Below, piece by piece: positions 1 to 8,817 of a stretch of 30,763 bases of DNA. The DNA lies in IMG/VR virus record IMGVR_UViG_2718218434_000001. One strand, 5' to 3'. A program made the translations under genes and the position numbers. The notes under the pieces were generated by a model, which was given only the letters and a program-made list of their open reading frames with translations, was not told where the DNA came from and did no database searches. The number at the start of each line of letters is the position of its first letter. The stretch's first letter is position 1. The stretch comes from a virus (Duplodnaviria; Heunggongvirae; Uroviricota; Caudoviricetes).

Positions 1-19
1 CTATTTGATAAATATTAAA

Positions 20-1315
20 TTAATTTTTTATTGCTTCGTTATGGGGCATGGTTGGGGCAAACTCGTTTAACTGTGTATTTAACAAAGCTACCTGTGCATT
101 ATTGTTTTCAGACATCCATTTTCCGTATACCTGAAATACCATTTGCGCATCTGCATGGCCCATCTGGTTTGCTATAAATGCCGGGTTAGCACCAGCTGTC
201 AGCGACCAGCAGGCATAAGTATGTCTCGACTGATATGATTTTCGATGGCGGAGTCCGGCACGTTTTATCGCTGCGTCCCACATCTGCCTTATTGAGTCAA
301 CGGTAAAATGGTCACCATAATTTTTTACTCTCGCTGACACTTCAGGTTGAAAAACAAAGGTGCATTTTTGTTTTTCTGTTCTGCCATACTCTCTGAGGTG
401 AACATCAATGATATGCTCTTTACTCAGTCTCGTTAATGTCATCTGACTCCGGAGAGCGTCGATTGCTGGCTTAATAAGATGAATGACCCGATTGGTTCCC
501 GCCTGTGTTTTTGGTACCGTGAAACGGTCTTTTGCTAAATTTCTCCTGATCATCATTGTTCCATTTTTCAGATCTATGTCCTCCCATCCAAGTGCACACA
601 GCTCACCAGGGCGAACGCCAGTATAAACAGAAACACACCATAAATTTTTTGCTTGCTGATTTCTGCACGCATCGATAAGACGGATAAATTCCTCCCGCGA
701 AAGAGGATCCGGAATGGTTCTTGATTCCTTTAATGGCGAGATCCCCTTAAACGGATTATCTGCCAGGTAACCGTTATCAACACCAAACTGGAACACGGCG
801 TTAAGATTTGTCATGTAATTATTTACAGTTACAGCCGATCTCCCTGGTTGTGTAACAATATAGTTACTTTTGGGGATCTGGTATCCAGTCAGTAGCTCTT
901 TACGAACCTCCAGTAATTTTTCTTTATTAATCGATGAGGCAAGATTTTTTTCACCGATTATGCTCAGGATATTTTTGATGACGGCACGGTATGTGTTGAG
1001 TGATGTTTTGGCGACTTCATTTTCTTTCAGTGCCAGAAATTTTTCAGCCAGTTCTTTTATGGTTAAATCTTGTCGGGCCTCACCAAATTTTTCCAGATTG
1101 CGTGAGGAGGGAAACTGTTTTGCATAGTCGAAAACACCAGTTTTTATTGCGTAACAAACAGAGGAGCGTAGTTCACCTGCAACGCGCCTGTTTTTTGCTG
1201 TGTCAGGAACCCCCAGATTTTCCCTGACTCTTACGCCTTTATAAACAAACCAGATACGTAATTTCCCTCCATGGTTTTCCACGCCTGTCGGATATTTCAT
1301 TTCAACTTCTCTCAT
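20..1315 (-). CDS. int: Tyrosine-type phage integrase (site-specific recombinase); likely true start at 1300 (MKYPTG...)
   Basis: ORF translation has the C-terminal tyrosine-recombinase box (SRHTYACWSLTAGANP...MGHADAQMVFQVYGKW) with catalytic Tyr context; sits at the prophage edge next to an excisionase-like gene. Family assignment from recalled motifs, no search run. Confidence 0.85.
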   Translation of the reverse strand: MREVEMKYPTGVENHGGKLRIWFVYKGVRVRENLGVPDTAKNRRVAGELRSSVCYAIKTGVFDYAKQFPSSRNLEKFGEARQDLTIKELAEKFLALKENEVAKTSLNTYRAVIKNILSIIGEKNLASSINKEKLLEVRKELLTGYQIPKSNYIVTQPGRSAVTVNNYMTNLNAVFQFGVDNGYLADNPFKGISPLKESRTIPDPLSREEFIRLIDACRNQQAKNLWCVSVYTGVRPGELCALGWEDIDLKNGTMMIRRNLAKDRFTVPKTQAGTNRVIHLIKPAIDALRSQMTLTRLSKEHIIDVHLREYGRTEKQKCTFVFQPEVSARVKNYGDHFTVDSIRQMWDAAIKRAGLRHRKSYQSRHTYACWSLTAGANPAFIANQMGHADAQMVFQVYGKWMSENNNAQVALLNTQLNEFAPTMPHNEAIKN

Positions 1316-1334
1316 TAGTTAGTGTGGCTTTTAG

Positions 1335-1586
1335 TCAAGTAAGATGACGTCTTGGTCTCGCTGATGCCTGGCGCTCAATCCAGCGATCAATTTCTTCCAG
1401 GTTGTAAAAGCATGGACTGTTATCCCATGGCATACCGTCATGAGCGACATGCTTATATTCCCTTCCTTCCATAAACGATTTTTCCCGGGCCTTTTTTAAC
1501 GTACCTTTTTTTATTCCTTTCAGCGCAATTAACTGCTCTTCGGATACCCATTTGCCGGGAGAGACAATCATGATTACTTCGCTCAT
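1335..1586 (-). CDS. xis: Excisionase-like small DNA-binding protein (Xis)
   Basis: Small basic ORF immediately upstream of int on the same strand; GREY-containing segment resembles lambda-type Xis; position-based inference. Confidence 0.55.
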   Translation of the reverse strand: MSEVIMIVSPGKWVSEEQLIALKGIKKGTLKKAREKSFMEGREYKHVAHDGMPWDNSPCFYNLEEIDRWIERQASARPRRHLT

Positions 1587-1658
1587 CGATTTCTTTATCT
1601 CTTACATCAGACGAGCGCCGGTTGCAGAATACCAGTCACAACCGGCGACAGTTGAACA

Positions 1659-4130
1659 TTAAGAATCAGCCTGACTCGGGATCAGTTTTTGCCAGATAAC
1701 TGAAACGTATTTTGCCTGGTAACGGGCGTCATCAAGTGCATTATGGCGCTCACCTTCGAATGGAATAGCCGTTCTGGCATCGAAGTCTATGGCTTTCCCC
1801 AGCTCAACGATTGTGCGTACATCGCGATCGTTGTAGTAACGCCACGGGCAGGGGATCCCCTGCCGTTCGTATGAACGGCGCAAAATCGTGTTGTCGAAGT
1901 TGGCTCCATTTCCCCAAACCTGAACAAAAAATTCACCGGAGTTTTCGTCGATAAATTCCCGCAATTGTAACAGTGCATCATCTAACGGGATTTCATCGGT
2001 CATAATGGCAGATTGCGCTTCGCGTGATTGCTTAAGCCACCATTTAATGGTGTCCCGATCAATGACTCCGCCAGCAGTTTCCAGATCGATAGTCTTACTA
2101 AATTCCGGTCCCATATCTCCGGTTTGCGGATCGAAAAATATTGCACCTATTGAGATGATCGGGGCATCAGGATTTTTTCCCATGGTTTCAAGGTCGATCA
2201 TTAGATGGTCACACGTCCTGCTGGTGGATGTGATTTCGTGATGACCGTTCACCTTAATTGAGTGATCTGCCGTCTCGCCAGTTTCATTATCGCTATTGTG
2301 ATGCTGATTGCCGCCAGTGTTCTCCTTGTGTGGATGTTCAGCGCCTTCCATTTCCTCCGGATCATCTTCCTGAACTTCAACCTGATACTCTTCATCGAAT
2401 GTTTCCTGGTATGTTGCGTCGCCCATCACCGCGCCACAATCAGGGCAGTTGCCGCCGCCGGTCTGACCGCAGGCGGTGCAGACTTTTTCCACTTCCTGTT
2501 GCGCCACTGGTTCAGGCTGTTTCGTTTCTGGCTCGTTTTGTAACGCATTTGGGCTGTTTTGTTCCGCTTTTTGGTAGTTCCGTTCCGATTCATGCTGGTT
2601 CTGGTTCACAGAATCGCGGGTCTGGATCCCCTTAACCCATTTCGGATCATTCGGGTCACTAATCCCTTCAACAAATTCACCACGTGATGCAGCAAGCAAC
2701 TTATCGGCGTCAGGCTGGCTGATATTGGCTGCCTGCATAATTTTGTTTACTTCGTCAGCGGTAACTTTTATCGGTTCTGGTTGTTCTGAATCTTCAGCGG
2801 TATCTACATTTTGCGGTAAGCCCGTGTATGTGCCATTTTTTCGGGCAAAATATTCTTCTTTTGTGATTTCAGTGGCGCCAGCAGCCAGTGCCTTATCCAG
2901 ACCAGAAAGTTTGTTTGCGCGACCGTATTTTTCTCCGTCCTTATCTGCGAAGAGGAAATAGAACGGCCCCTCACGCTCTACAGATGGTTCAGCTTCCGGC
3001 GCGGTTTCATTTTTTGGGATATCAGATACCTCAGTTTCCACTGCATCAGTTTGTGTTTCTGATGACTGGAGAACATCAACAGTGCCCAGGTCTGTTTCTT
3101 CATTCTCAAACACGCCCTTTGTCGTCAGGTATTCGCAGATATATTTGTTCAGTGCTACGGGATCTTTGTGAATGTCGATCGGACGCTCACGGACAAGGCC
3201 AAAAATAGTTTGGCGGGCGTAGCGAAGGGCATCAGGCTGTTTGCGCATTGATGCCGAGATACGCTTCCAGTCTTCGCGGTCGTTGTCGATAACTTCTTTT
3301 TTTGCCCAGCGATGGATGCTGCCGTCAATGTTTCCGGCAACCACATCACCAGGCCAGAGAGCGTAGGCCAGTTCGTCATCCAGTGTTTTCCATGTCTGCT
3401 TGTATTCGCGATGAATGGCAGCAATGACCGGGCTGATTTTTCCTGTTGAATTTTCAGTGTACTGTTGATTGGCTCTGGTGCGGGCGAGATCAACAACAGA
3501 CGTGTATTTTCCGGTTTCATTGCGTTCACCTTCGCGACGTTTTTTCCAGATGCGCATCTCTGCCTGAATTTCGGGCCATTTAGCACCAGGAATACATTTA
3601 TGCTTAACCCACCCAATGGCGTGCAACTTAAGCTCCGGAAACATGGCGTTAACTTCTGGCATTTTCATCAACGCTTCAACGATATGTCCGTCGAATGTTG
3701 CCATGTCTTCCTGCAACAATTCCTGTGCGCTAATAACCATATCAACGGTGATGTTTTCACATGTGTCGAACTTAACCATGACAGCGTTCTGTACTTCAGG
3801 GGCCAGCTTGTCAAAAGTGACGTTCATCGGATCGGATTTAGTCTCAACCGGGACAAAAGAAGCAGACTCCTCATCCCAGCGGTTTTCCTGCATATATTCA
3901 GCATCCCATGAATCGAGGGCAGGGCGGGGTATGCCAGGTTTATCCTCGCAGACAATAAATTTATAAGCGCAGTCCTGAGCAGCCGGATAATGTTCCAGGA
4001 ACTGCCAGTGAAATTTTGCTCGAGCACGGCGTTCGTCGCCAGCTTCAATGGCAGTGGCTACAGCCACAGCGCCTTCTTCCCTTGTTGCCAGTTCGTCAGG
4101 AATAGCGGCGCAAATAAAGACTTTACTCAT
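1659..4130 (-). CDS. Large prophage exonuclease (exodeoxyribonuclease VIII-like / YdfE-like) with C-terminal DEDDh 3'-5' exonuclease domain
   Basis: 823-aa ORF; C-terminus shows the three DnaQ-like motifs (DLET, WGNGANFDN, HNALDDARY); acidic and Gln-rich low-complexity middle and a CxxC...CxxC zinc-ribbon-like segment; no recT-like partner present. Confidence 0.8.
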   Translation of the reverse strand: MSKVFICAAIPDELATREEGAVAVATAIEAGDERRARAKFHWQFLEHYPAAQDCAYKFIVCEDKPGIPRPALDSWDAEYMQENRWDEESASFVPVETKSDPMNVTFDKLAPEVQNAVMVKFDTCENITVDMVISAQELLQEDMATFDGHIVEALMKMPEVNAMFPELKLHAIGWVKHKCIPGAKWPEIQAEMRIWKKRREGERNETGKYTSVVDLARTRANQQYTENSTGKISPVIAAIHREYKQTWKTLDDELAYALWPGDVVAGNIDGSIHRWAKKEVIDNDREDWKRISASMRKQPDALRYARQTIFGLVRERPIDIHKDPVALNKYICEYLTTKGVFENEETDLGTVDVLQSSETQTDAVETEVSDIPKNETAPEAEPSVEREGPFYFLFADKDGEKYGRANKLSGLDKALAAGATEITKEEYFARKNGTYTGLPQNVDTAEDSEQPEPIKVTADEVNKIMQAANISQPDADKLLAASRGEFVEGISDPNDPKWVKGIQTRDSVNQNQHESERNYQKAEQNSPNALQNEPETKQPEPVAQQEVEKVCTACGQTGGGNCPDCGAVMGDATYQETFDEEYQVEVQEDDPEEMEGAEHPHKENTGGNQHHNSDNETGETADHSIKVNGHHEITSTSRTCDHLMIDLETMGKNPDAPIISIGAIFFDPQTGDMGPEFSKTIDLETAGGVIDRDTIKWWLKQSREAQSAIMTDEIPLDDALLQLREFIDENSGEFFVQVWGNGANFDNTILRRSYERQGIPCPWRYYNDRDVRTIVELGKAIDFDARTAIPFEGERHNALDDARYQAKYVSVIWQKLIPSQADS

Positions 4131-4223
4131 TTTGTTTTAACCTCATGACAGATTTAAGGATGAACAAATCCCTGCCATTGCTGGCATATAAGAATGAAAC
4201 CGGATATTTATTACGGAACTGTT

Positions 4224-4415
4224 TTAAAGACCTGCCGGGATTTCGATATTATCCTGGTGAATAACTTTATCGACCGGGGAACAGTTACCGGGAATTTTCT
4301 GTTCGGTTGCTGCAGTCATACACTCCTGCATTGTCTTGTGAACACTGACTGCAATATCAACTGGCTCTCCGGAAACAAGAAAAACTGTCAGAACAAGCGC
4401 AAATGCTGAATTCAT
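4224..4415 (-). CDS. ydfD: Qin-type lysis protein YdfD (63 aa)
   Basis: Internal Met start gives MNSAFALVLTVFLVSGEPVD..., matching recalled YdfD; start codon overlaps dicB stop (ATGA). Confidence 0.8.
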   Translation of the reverse strand: MNSAFALVLTVFLVSGEPVDIAVSVHKTMQECMTAATEQKIPGNCSPVDKVIHQDNIEIPAGL

Positions 4416-4600
4416 TGTGCACATCCTTTTGGCATCAGACGTAAACGAGCCAGCATTGAAACAATGCATATTTTATTTAATAGCTCCCGTTCTTGTTTTC
4501 TCTTGTTAATGGCATCTTCAGTAAATACAGGGTTACTGATAGTGACACCAATTTCAAAACAACCTTCAGACGTATTAACGTTTGGTAATAACGTTTTCAT
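4412..4600 (-). CDS. dicB: Cell division inhibitor DicB (62 aa)
   Basis: Translation from internal ATG (MKTLLPNVNTSEGCFEIGVTISNPVFTEDAINKRKQERELL...MPKGCAQ) matches recalled DicB; GAGGA RBS 7 nt upstream. Confidence 0.85.
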   Translation of the reverse strand: MKTLLPNVNTSEGCFEIGVTISNPVFTEDAINKRKQERELLNKICIVSMLARLRLMPKGCAQ

Positions 4601-4770
4601 TATCGCGTCCTCAACAATGAATTTTGTGATGCAGTGCCTGGTGCCTCCAGGTGACGTTAACCAGTTAACAATTAACGCCGGATACAGAGAATCCACCCAT
4701 AACACTGTTTTTGGTTTTAACTGTTCCGCGTGCGCTTAGCCGCATTCACCGCATCACAAAATTCACTTTA

Positions 4771-4827
4771 AAAACGGCGGCAGAGCAGTCACGGAGTAAA
4801 ACTGATACCGCCAAACGTCACCAGAAA
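4771..4827 (-). ncRNA. dicF: DicF small regulatory RNA (ftsZ-targeting), with 3' stem-loop and U-tract
   Basis: Minus-strand sequence TTTCTGGTGACGTTTGGCGGTATCAGTTTTACTCCGTGACTGCTCTGCCGCCGTTTTT matches the recalled DicF sequence; located between ydfB/C-like gene and dicB as in the dic operon. Confidence 0.8.
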
Positions 4828-5102
4828 ATTGATAACAGAGGGCGTTGCAGCGGGGTTGTCACTTAAGCGTATGGTCAACCTGACAACTCGGTGTCCTCAA
4901 CGGGGAAGGAATAACCCCGCCATACTTACCGCCGCGCCATTTCGCGGGTTGCCACAACCGGAAGCGCACGGTCGAATTAAATTTAACGACACCGTACAGT
5001 GAGACGAACTTCGCCGTGCGCTTTCGTGTTGTGTGCCTGCTTTTAACCACGTCAGGCGAGGTGGTATCCTTCTTATCCCGAATAACCAAGAAGGAAATCT
5101 AT

Positions 5103-5303
5103 ATGACTAAAGAAGAATTTGTCTCTTATATTTTTGATAAAACGGTTGAAATGTATGCCGCTACTTACGGGTCCTGTAATCCTCTGAATAAACCAGAGGG
5201 GAAAGATGATTTCGACAAAATTTACCGCTTCTTGGAGGACCGCTATATCAAAAGGTTAGAGGACGCAGGGATCAAATCCCCAGTGAAGTCACCATTGTCC
5301 TGA
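5103..5303 (+). CDS. Hypothetical small protein (66 aa, MTKEEFVSYIFDK...), antisense to the dic operon
   Basis: ATG with AAGGAA RBS 7 nt upstream; AT-rich codon usage; overlaps the 3' end of the minus-strand 125-aa ORF; no recognisable family. Confidence 0.35.
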   Translation: MTKEEFVSYIFDKTVEMYAATYGSCNPLNKPEGKDDFDKIYRFLEDRYIKRLEDAGIKSPVKSPLS

Positions 5304-5649
5304 GAACTTGCAGGACGTCATGATCGTAACTTCCATCCAAACCGCGACGGCAAATTGCTTCTCGTATTACCGGAAGCAGTTCGCTGGAAATCTCGGTGCA
5401 TATTTCACCTGATAATACGCCTGGCTCAAGTGAGAATATTGGTGAACTTACGGTCTTGGTCTCGACAGTTTCAGAGTCAGTGCCAACATTATAAAGCTCA
5501 ACGAAAGCGGTCTTGATTTTCCGGGCCAGATCTTTTGCTGGCTCGCTTGCAATATCTTTCCCGATTTCTCGCAGCACAGAATGCAATGTATGAGCTGCTG
5601 TTTTCTGTACATCAGACGGTAAATCTTTAAATTCCATCGTTAGCCTCAT
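5272..5649 (-). CDS. Hypothetical dic-operon protein (YdfB/YdfC-like region, 125 aa)
   Basis: ORF between ydfA and dicF on the operon strand; start overlaps ydfA stop (TGATG); identity to YdfB/YdfC is positional inference only. Confidence 0.5.
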   Translation of the reverse strand: MRLTMEFKDLPSDVQKTAAHTLHSVLREIGKDIASEPAKDLARKIKTAFVELYNVGTDSETVETKTVSSPIFSLEPGVLSGEICTEISSELLPVIREAICRRGLDGSYDHDVLQVLRTMVTSLGI

Positions 5650-5801
5650 CAGTCAGTGTTTCTGGCTAACCAGCAACGCGCGCCAGATTCGGTTTTAAAC
5701 GTTTTGCTTTTGGTATATGTCATCGCGGTGAACGTACCGTCCTGGTTGGGGAACACGCCACATACCAGAGATTCGCTGTTGCCAAGATCGATAGTATCCA
5801 T
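5649..5801 (-). CDS. ydfA: Small protein YdfA (50 aa)
   Basis: Internal Met start MDTIDLGNSESLVCGVFPNQDGTFTAMTYTKSKTFK... matches recalled YdfA; GAGGT RBS upstream of ATG at 5801. Confidence 0.7.
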   Translation of the reverse strand: MDTIDLGNSESLVCGVFPNQDGTFTAMTYTKSKTFKTESGARCWLARNTD

Positions 5802-5993
5802 GCTGACCTCATTTCCCCTTAACGCCGGGGTAGCGGAACTGTTTGCTGAGAACACCGTGCGGTGTGTTGATGGAGGTAATTTAGTTTTCTCATTATTTTT
5901 CGTCAAGGCTTTTTGATGAGAAAACTCAAGTATTGGCGCAAGATAAAGCCAATACATTGAAATGTAAGGCTTTAAAATTTTGTGAAGGGATGA

Positions 5994-6401
5994 TTATTGA
6001 TGCTTGTTGCGTTTGCGAGCCTCTAATAGCTCGGTGAACAGGCGATTAAAATTCTCAACGCGGGCGCGGAGTTCGCTGAGTTGTGCTTGTTGCTCTGATT
6101 TAGGAAGTGCGCGATACAAACGCAGCATCTCTAACTCATCTTCCGATAAGTCTAAGGCACTATCGAGTGAAACAGGGGGAGCTGGTGTTTTGTCCTCGTC
6201 GCCAAACAGTATCCAGGTTGGTGAACATTGCAATACCTCGGCGAGGCGATGCAAATTTTGCCCGCGCGGGGCTGTATGGTCACTTTCCCATAATGAAATT
6301 GATGAGCCAGATACGCCAGCAGCTTTGCTTAAACCGTTTTGACTTAAGCCTACCTGCTTACGTCTTTCTCTAATGCGTTGACCTAAAGTTTTCTCGTTCA
6401 T
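5994..6401 (-). CDS. dicA: DicA-like HTH (XRE-family) prophage repressor, 135 aa from internal Met
   Basis: HTH segment (LSQNGLSKAAGVSGSSISLWE) and LQCSPTWILFGDEDK motif shared with recalled DicA; divergent from a Cro-like gene. Confidence 0.75.
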   Translation of the reverse strand: MNEKTLGQRIRERRKQVGLSQNGLSKAAGVSGSSISLWESDHTAPRGQNLHRLAEVLQCSPTWILFGDEDKTPAPPVSLDSALDLSEDELEMLRLYRALPKSEQQAQLSELRARVENFNRLFTELLEARKRNKHQ

Positions 6402-6478
6402 ATTTAGATATCTTAATAACCCTTGACTTGAGATTCCTTGAGTGATTAGCATTGAGAAAACTCAATGCTGGAGGTGCG
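6402..6478. promoter_or_regulatory. Divergent promoter/operator region between dicA-like repressor and Cro/DicC-like gene
   Basis: 77-bp spacer between divergent start codons containing repeated CTTGAG / TTAGATATCTTAA elements; operator identity not verified. Confidence 0.45.
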
Positions 6479-6706
6479 ATGTTTAAATCAGACGTAATTA
6501 ATTTTTACGGTACGAAAGCCAAAGTAGCGAAAGCTGCTGGCGTTGACCCATCTGCTGTTTCTCAATGGCAAGAGCTGGTTCCTGAAGGTCGCGCGATGCG
6601 TCTACAGGAGGCATCTGGCGGCGAGCTTCTGTATGATCCCAAGGTTTATGACGAATATCGTAAGACGAAGCGGGCGGGGCGGTTGAACAATGAAAATCAC
6701 TCCTGA
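6479..6706 (+). CDS. dicC: Cro/DicC-like (YdaS-type) small HTH regulator
   Basis: GGAGG RBS 5 nt before ATG at 6479; translation MFKSDVINFYGTKAKVAKAAGVDPSAVSQWQ... is a Cro-like HTH; divergent to repressor. Confidence 0.65.
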   Translation: MFKSDVINFYGTKAKVAKAAGVDPSAVSQWQELVPEGRAMRLQEASGGELLYDPKVYDEYRKTKRAGRLNNENHS

Positions 6707-7211
6707 ACAGGCTCGTGAGGCTCTGGATGCCTGGATATGTCGACCAGGAATGACACAGGAGCAGGCGACGATATTAATCACTGAAGCATTCTGGGCTTTG
6801 AAAGAGCGCCCGAACATCGATGTTCAGCGTGTCACAGATGAAGGTGGCGCGGTTGATCAGCGAGCGCTTGGCGTTAATCGAGTGAAGATATTCGAACGCT
6901 GGAAGGCTATCGACACCAGGGATAAGCGTGAAAAGTTCACGGCGCTAGTGCCTGCAATTATGGAGGCTATCCGGATTAATGATTTCAGGTTGTATCGTGA
7001 AATTAGTGACGGAAAAAGCATCACGTACATGATCGCCGGGTTAAACAAAGAATATGGCGATGTGGTGGAATCCGGACTGCTTTTTGCTGATCCTGCCGTA
7101 GTGGATCGTGAAACTGACGAACTTATAGAAAAAGCAATTGCTTTCAAACTTGCGTATCGACAGCAATACCAACAAAAAGCTGGATGGAATTATGAGCCTT
7201 CTTTTTGCTGA
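6690..7211 (+). CDS. Early-region regulatory protein (YdaT-like / CII-position protein)
   Basis: 173-aa ORF overlapping the end of the Cro-like gene, in the position occupied by ydaT/cII in related prophages; family assignment uncertain. Confidence 0.45.
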   Translation: MKITPEQAREALDAWICRPGMTQEQATILITEAFWALKERPNIDVQRVTDEGGAVDQRALGVNRVKIFERWKAIDTRDKREKFTALVPAIMEAIRINDFRLYREISDGKSITYMIAGLNKEYGDVVESGLLFADPAVVDRETDELIEKAIAFKLAYRQQYQQKAGWNYEPSFC

Positions 7212-8157
7212 ACGCCCACTGGTTATAAACACACAGCTTGCGATGAAGATTGGCTTAAATGAAGCCATTGTGTTGCAGCAGTTGCATTACTGGTTGAGAG
7301 ATACCAATTCCGGCATGGAATGTGATGGTGTTCGCTGGATTTACAACACAACGGAACAATGGCTGGAACAGTTCCCATTCTGGTCAGAGTCAACGTTAAA
7401 GCGCGCGTTTGCAAGTCTGAAAACGCTGGGGCTTTTGCGTTGTGAAAAGCTCAATAAATCAAAGCGCGATATGACCAATTTCTACACGATTAACTATGGG
7501 AGCGAGCTTTTAGATGATGGCAAATTGAGCGAATCCATCGGTTCAAAATGCGCCGCTCCATCAGGTCAAAATGACACGATGGAAGAGGTCAAAATGAAAC
7601 GCTCCATTGGTTCAAAACGACCCAATGTCATCGGGTCAAAATGGCCCGATGATCCTACAGAGAATACAACAGAGATTACTACAGAGAATAAAAACACTTT
7701 TCGTCCGGAAGCTTCGCAACCGGACCCGCAGACGGCTGAACAAGATTTTTTAATCCGGCACCCTGGCGCAGTTGTGTTTAGTGCGAAAAAACGCCAGTGG
7801 GGTAGCCAGGAGGATCTGGCGTGTGCGCAGTGGATATGGGGGCGGATCGTGGGTCTCTACGAACAGGCCGCCAGTGATGATGGCGAGATCATGCGACCAA
7901 AAGAGCCTAACTGGACTGTCTGGGCCAATGATGTGCGCACAATGCGGATGCTGGATGGCAGAAGCCACAGACAAATTTGTGAAATGTTTGGTCGGGTACA
8001 GCGGGATCCATTCTGGGTAAAAAACATCATGAGCCCGTCAAAGCTCCGCGAAAAATGGGACGAACTGGTCATCCGCCTGGGGCGTTCACCTGTACAGCGT
8101 TGTGTTAATCATATTTCTGAACCGGATACAGAAATTCCGCCTGGTTTCAGAGGATAA
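7192..8157 (+). CDS. Replication initiator (O-like replisome organiser) with internal origin
   Basis: N-terminal region resembles phage replication-initiator N-domains; coding sequence contains five iteron-like repeats (IGSK peptide repeats) followed by AT-rich direct repeats, as in lambda O/ori. Confidence 0.6.
   Translation: MSLLFAERPLVINTQLAMKIGLNEAIVLQQLHYWLRDTNSGMECDGVRWIYNTTEQWLEQFPFWSESTLKRAFASLKTLGLLRCEKLNKSKRDMTNFYTINYGSELLDDGKLSESIGSKCAAPSGQNDTMEEVKMKRSIGSKRPNVIGSKWPDDPTENTTEITTENKNTFRPEASQPDPQTAEQDFLIRHPGAVVFSAKKRQWGSQEDLACAQWIWGRIVGLYEQAASDDGEIMRPKEPNWTVWANDVRTMRMLDGRSHRQICEMFGRVQRDPFWVKNIMSPSKLREKWDELVIRLGRSPVQRCVNHISEPDTEIPPGFRG
7534..7700. repeat. Candidate prophage replication origin: five ~14-bp iterons (consensus ATCGGTTCAAAATG) spaced 22-25 bp, then AT-rich TACAGAGAATA direct repeats
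   Basis: Iteron copies starting near 7537, 7559, 7585, 7604, 7629; TACAGAGAATA repeated at 7656 and 7678; seen directly in sequence. Confidence 0.55.
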
Positions 8158-8197
8158 GTTTTGATTTCAGGTCATGAGGTAATTTTAAGGGGGACTT

Positions 8198-8599
8198 GTG
8201 GCAAAAGTTTTTACACAAGAAGAGCGGGAAAAAATTAAAGGGCAGGTGGTGGAACTCGTGCGCCAGAGCGGTCGTGAGACGTTACGGCAACTGGAAGCTA
8301 AAACAGGTGCGACTAGATATCTGATGAGCGTTCTTGCCAGAGAGCTGGTAGCCAGTGGCGATGTATACAACTCCGGCTACGGGTTATTCCCATCTGAACA
8401 GGCGCGTAAGGACTGGCAAAACGCCCGCAAAAAACTCTCGAGGGCAAAGGTGAAGAAAACAGCTGTGGTTGATCCGGACCTTATCTGGTCGTTACCTGAT
8501 GGAGAAATACGTCGCTACGACAGTCGCCTAAACATAATCTGTCGCGAGTGCCGGATGAGTGAAGTTATGCAGCGCATACTGGCATTTTATCAGGGATAA
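8198..8599 (+). CDS. Hypothetical protein (133 aa), GTG start
   Basis: AAGGGGGA RBS before GTG; basic protein with no recognised family; occupies the slot where a helicase loader (P/DnaC-like) would be expected but is too small and dissimilar. Confidence 0.55.
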   Translation: MAKVFTQEEREKIKGQVVELVRQSGRETLRQLEAKTGATRYLMSVLARELVASGDVYNSGYGLFPSEQARKDWQNARKKLSRAKVKKTAVVDPDLIWSLPDGEIRRYDSRLNIICRECRMSEVMQRILAFYQG

Positions 8600-8696
8600 T
8601 GTTAGGTATTTTAGACGTTACTAGATTAAAAAGCATTAGTTCAGGAGTGAATTGACATTCTCATTTTTCATGGCACAGGGTAGATCTGGCGTGGTT

Positions 8697-8720
8697 GTCC
8701 GCTTTGTGCCAAAAGCGGAC
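8697..8720. terminator. Stem-loop (GTCCGCTTT-loop-AAAGCGGAC) between convergent genes; no U-tract
   Basis: 9-bp perfect inverted repeat seen in sequence between the 133-aa gene and the 595-aa gene; function as terminator is inferred. Confidence 0.3.
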
Positions 8721-8817
8721 ATCGAATAATTTCAGCAGCACTCAACCTTATTAACCAAATCGCCTCAACTCATATGGACATGCATCCGGAAGTGCCAACT
8801 TCGTAAACTTATTCACT

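Noticed and set aside
2005-3966. Multiple plus-strand and alternative-frame ORFs (78-153 aa) inside the exonuclease gene
   Set aside because: They lie entirely within a long, well-supported coding region on the minus strand, lack RBSs and have no recognisable features; treated as shadow ORFs.
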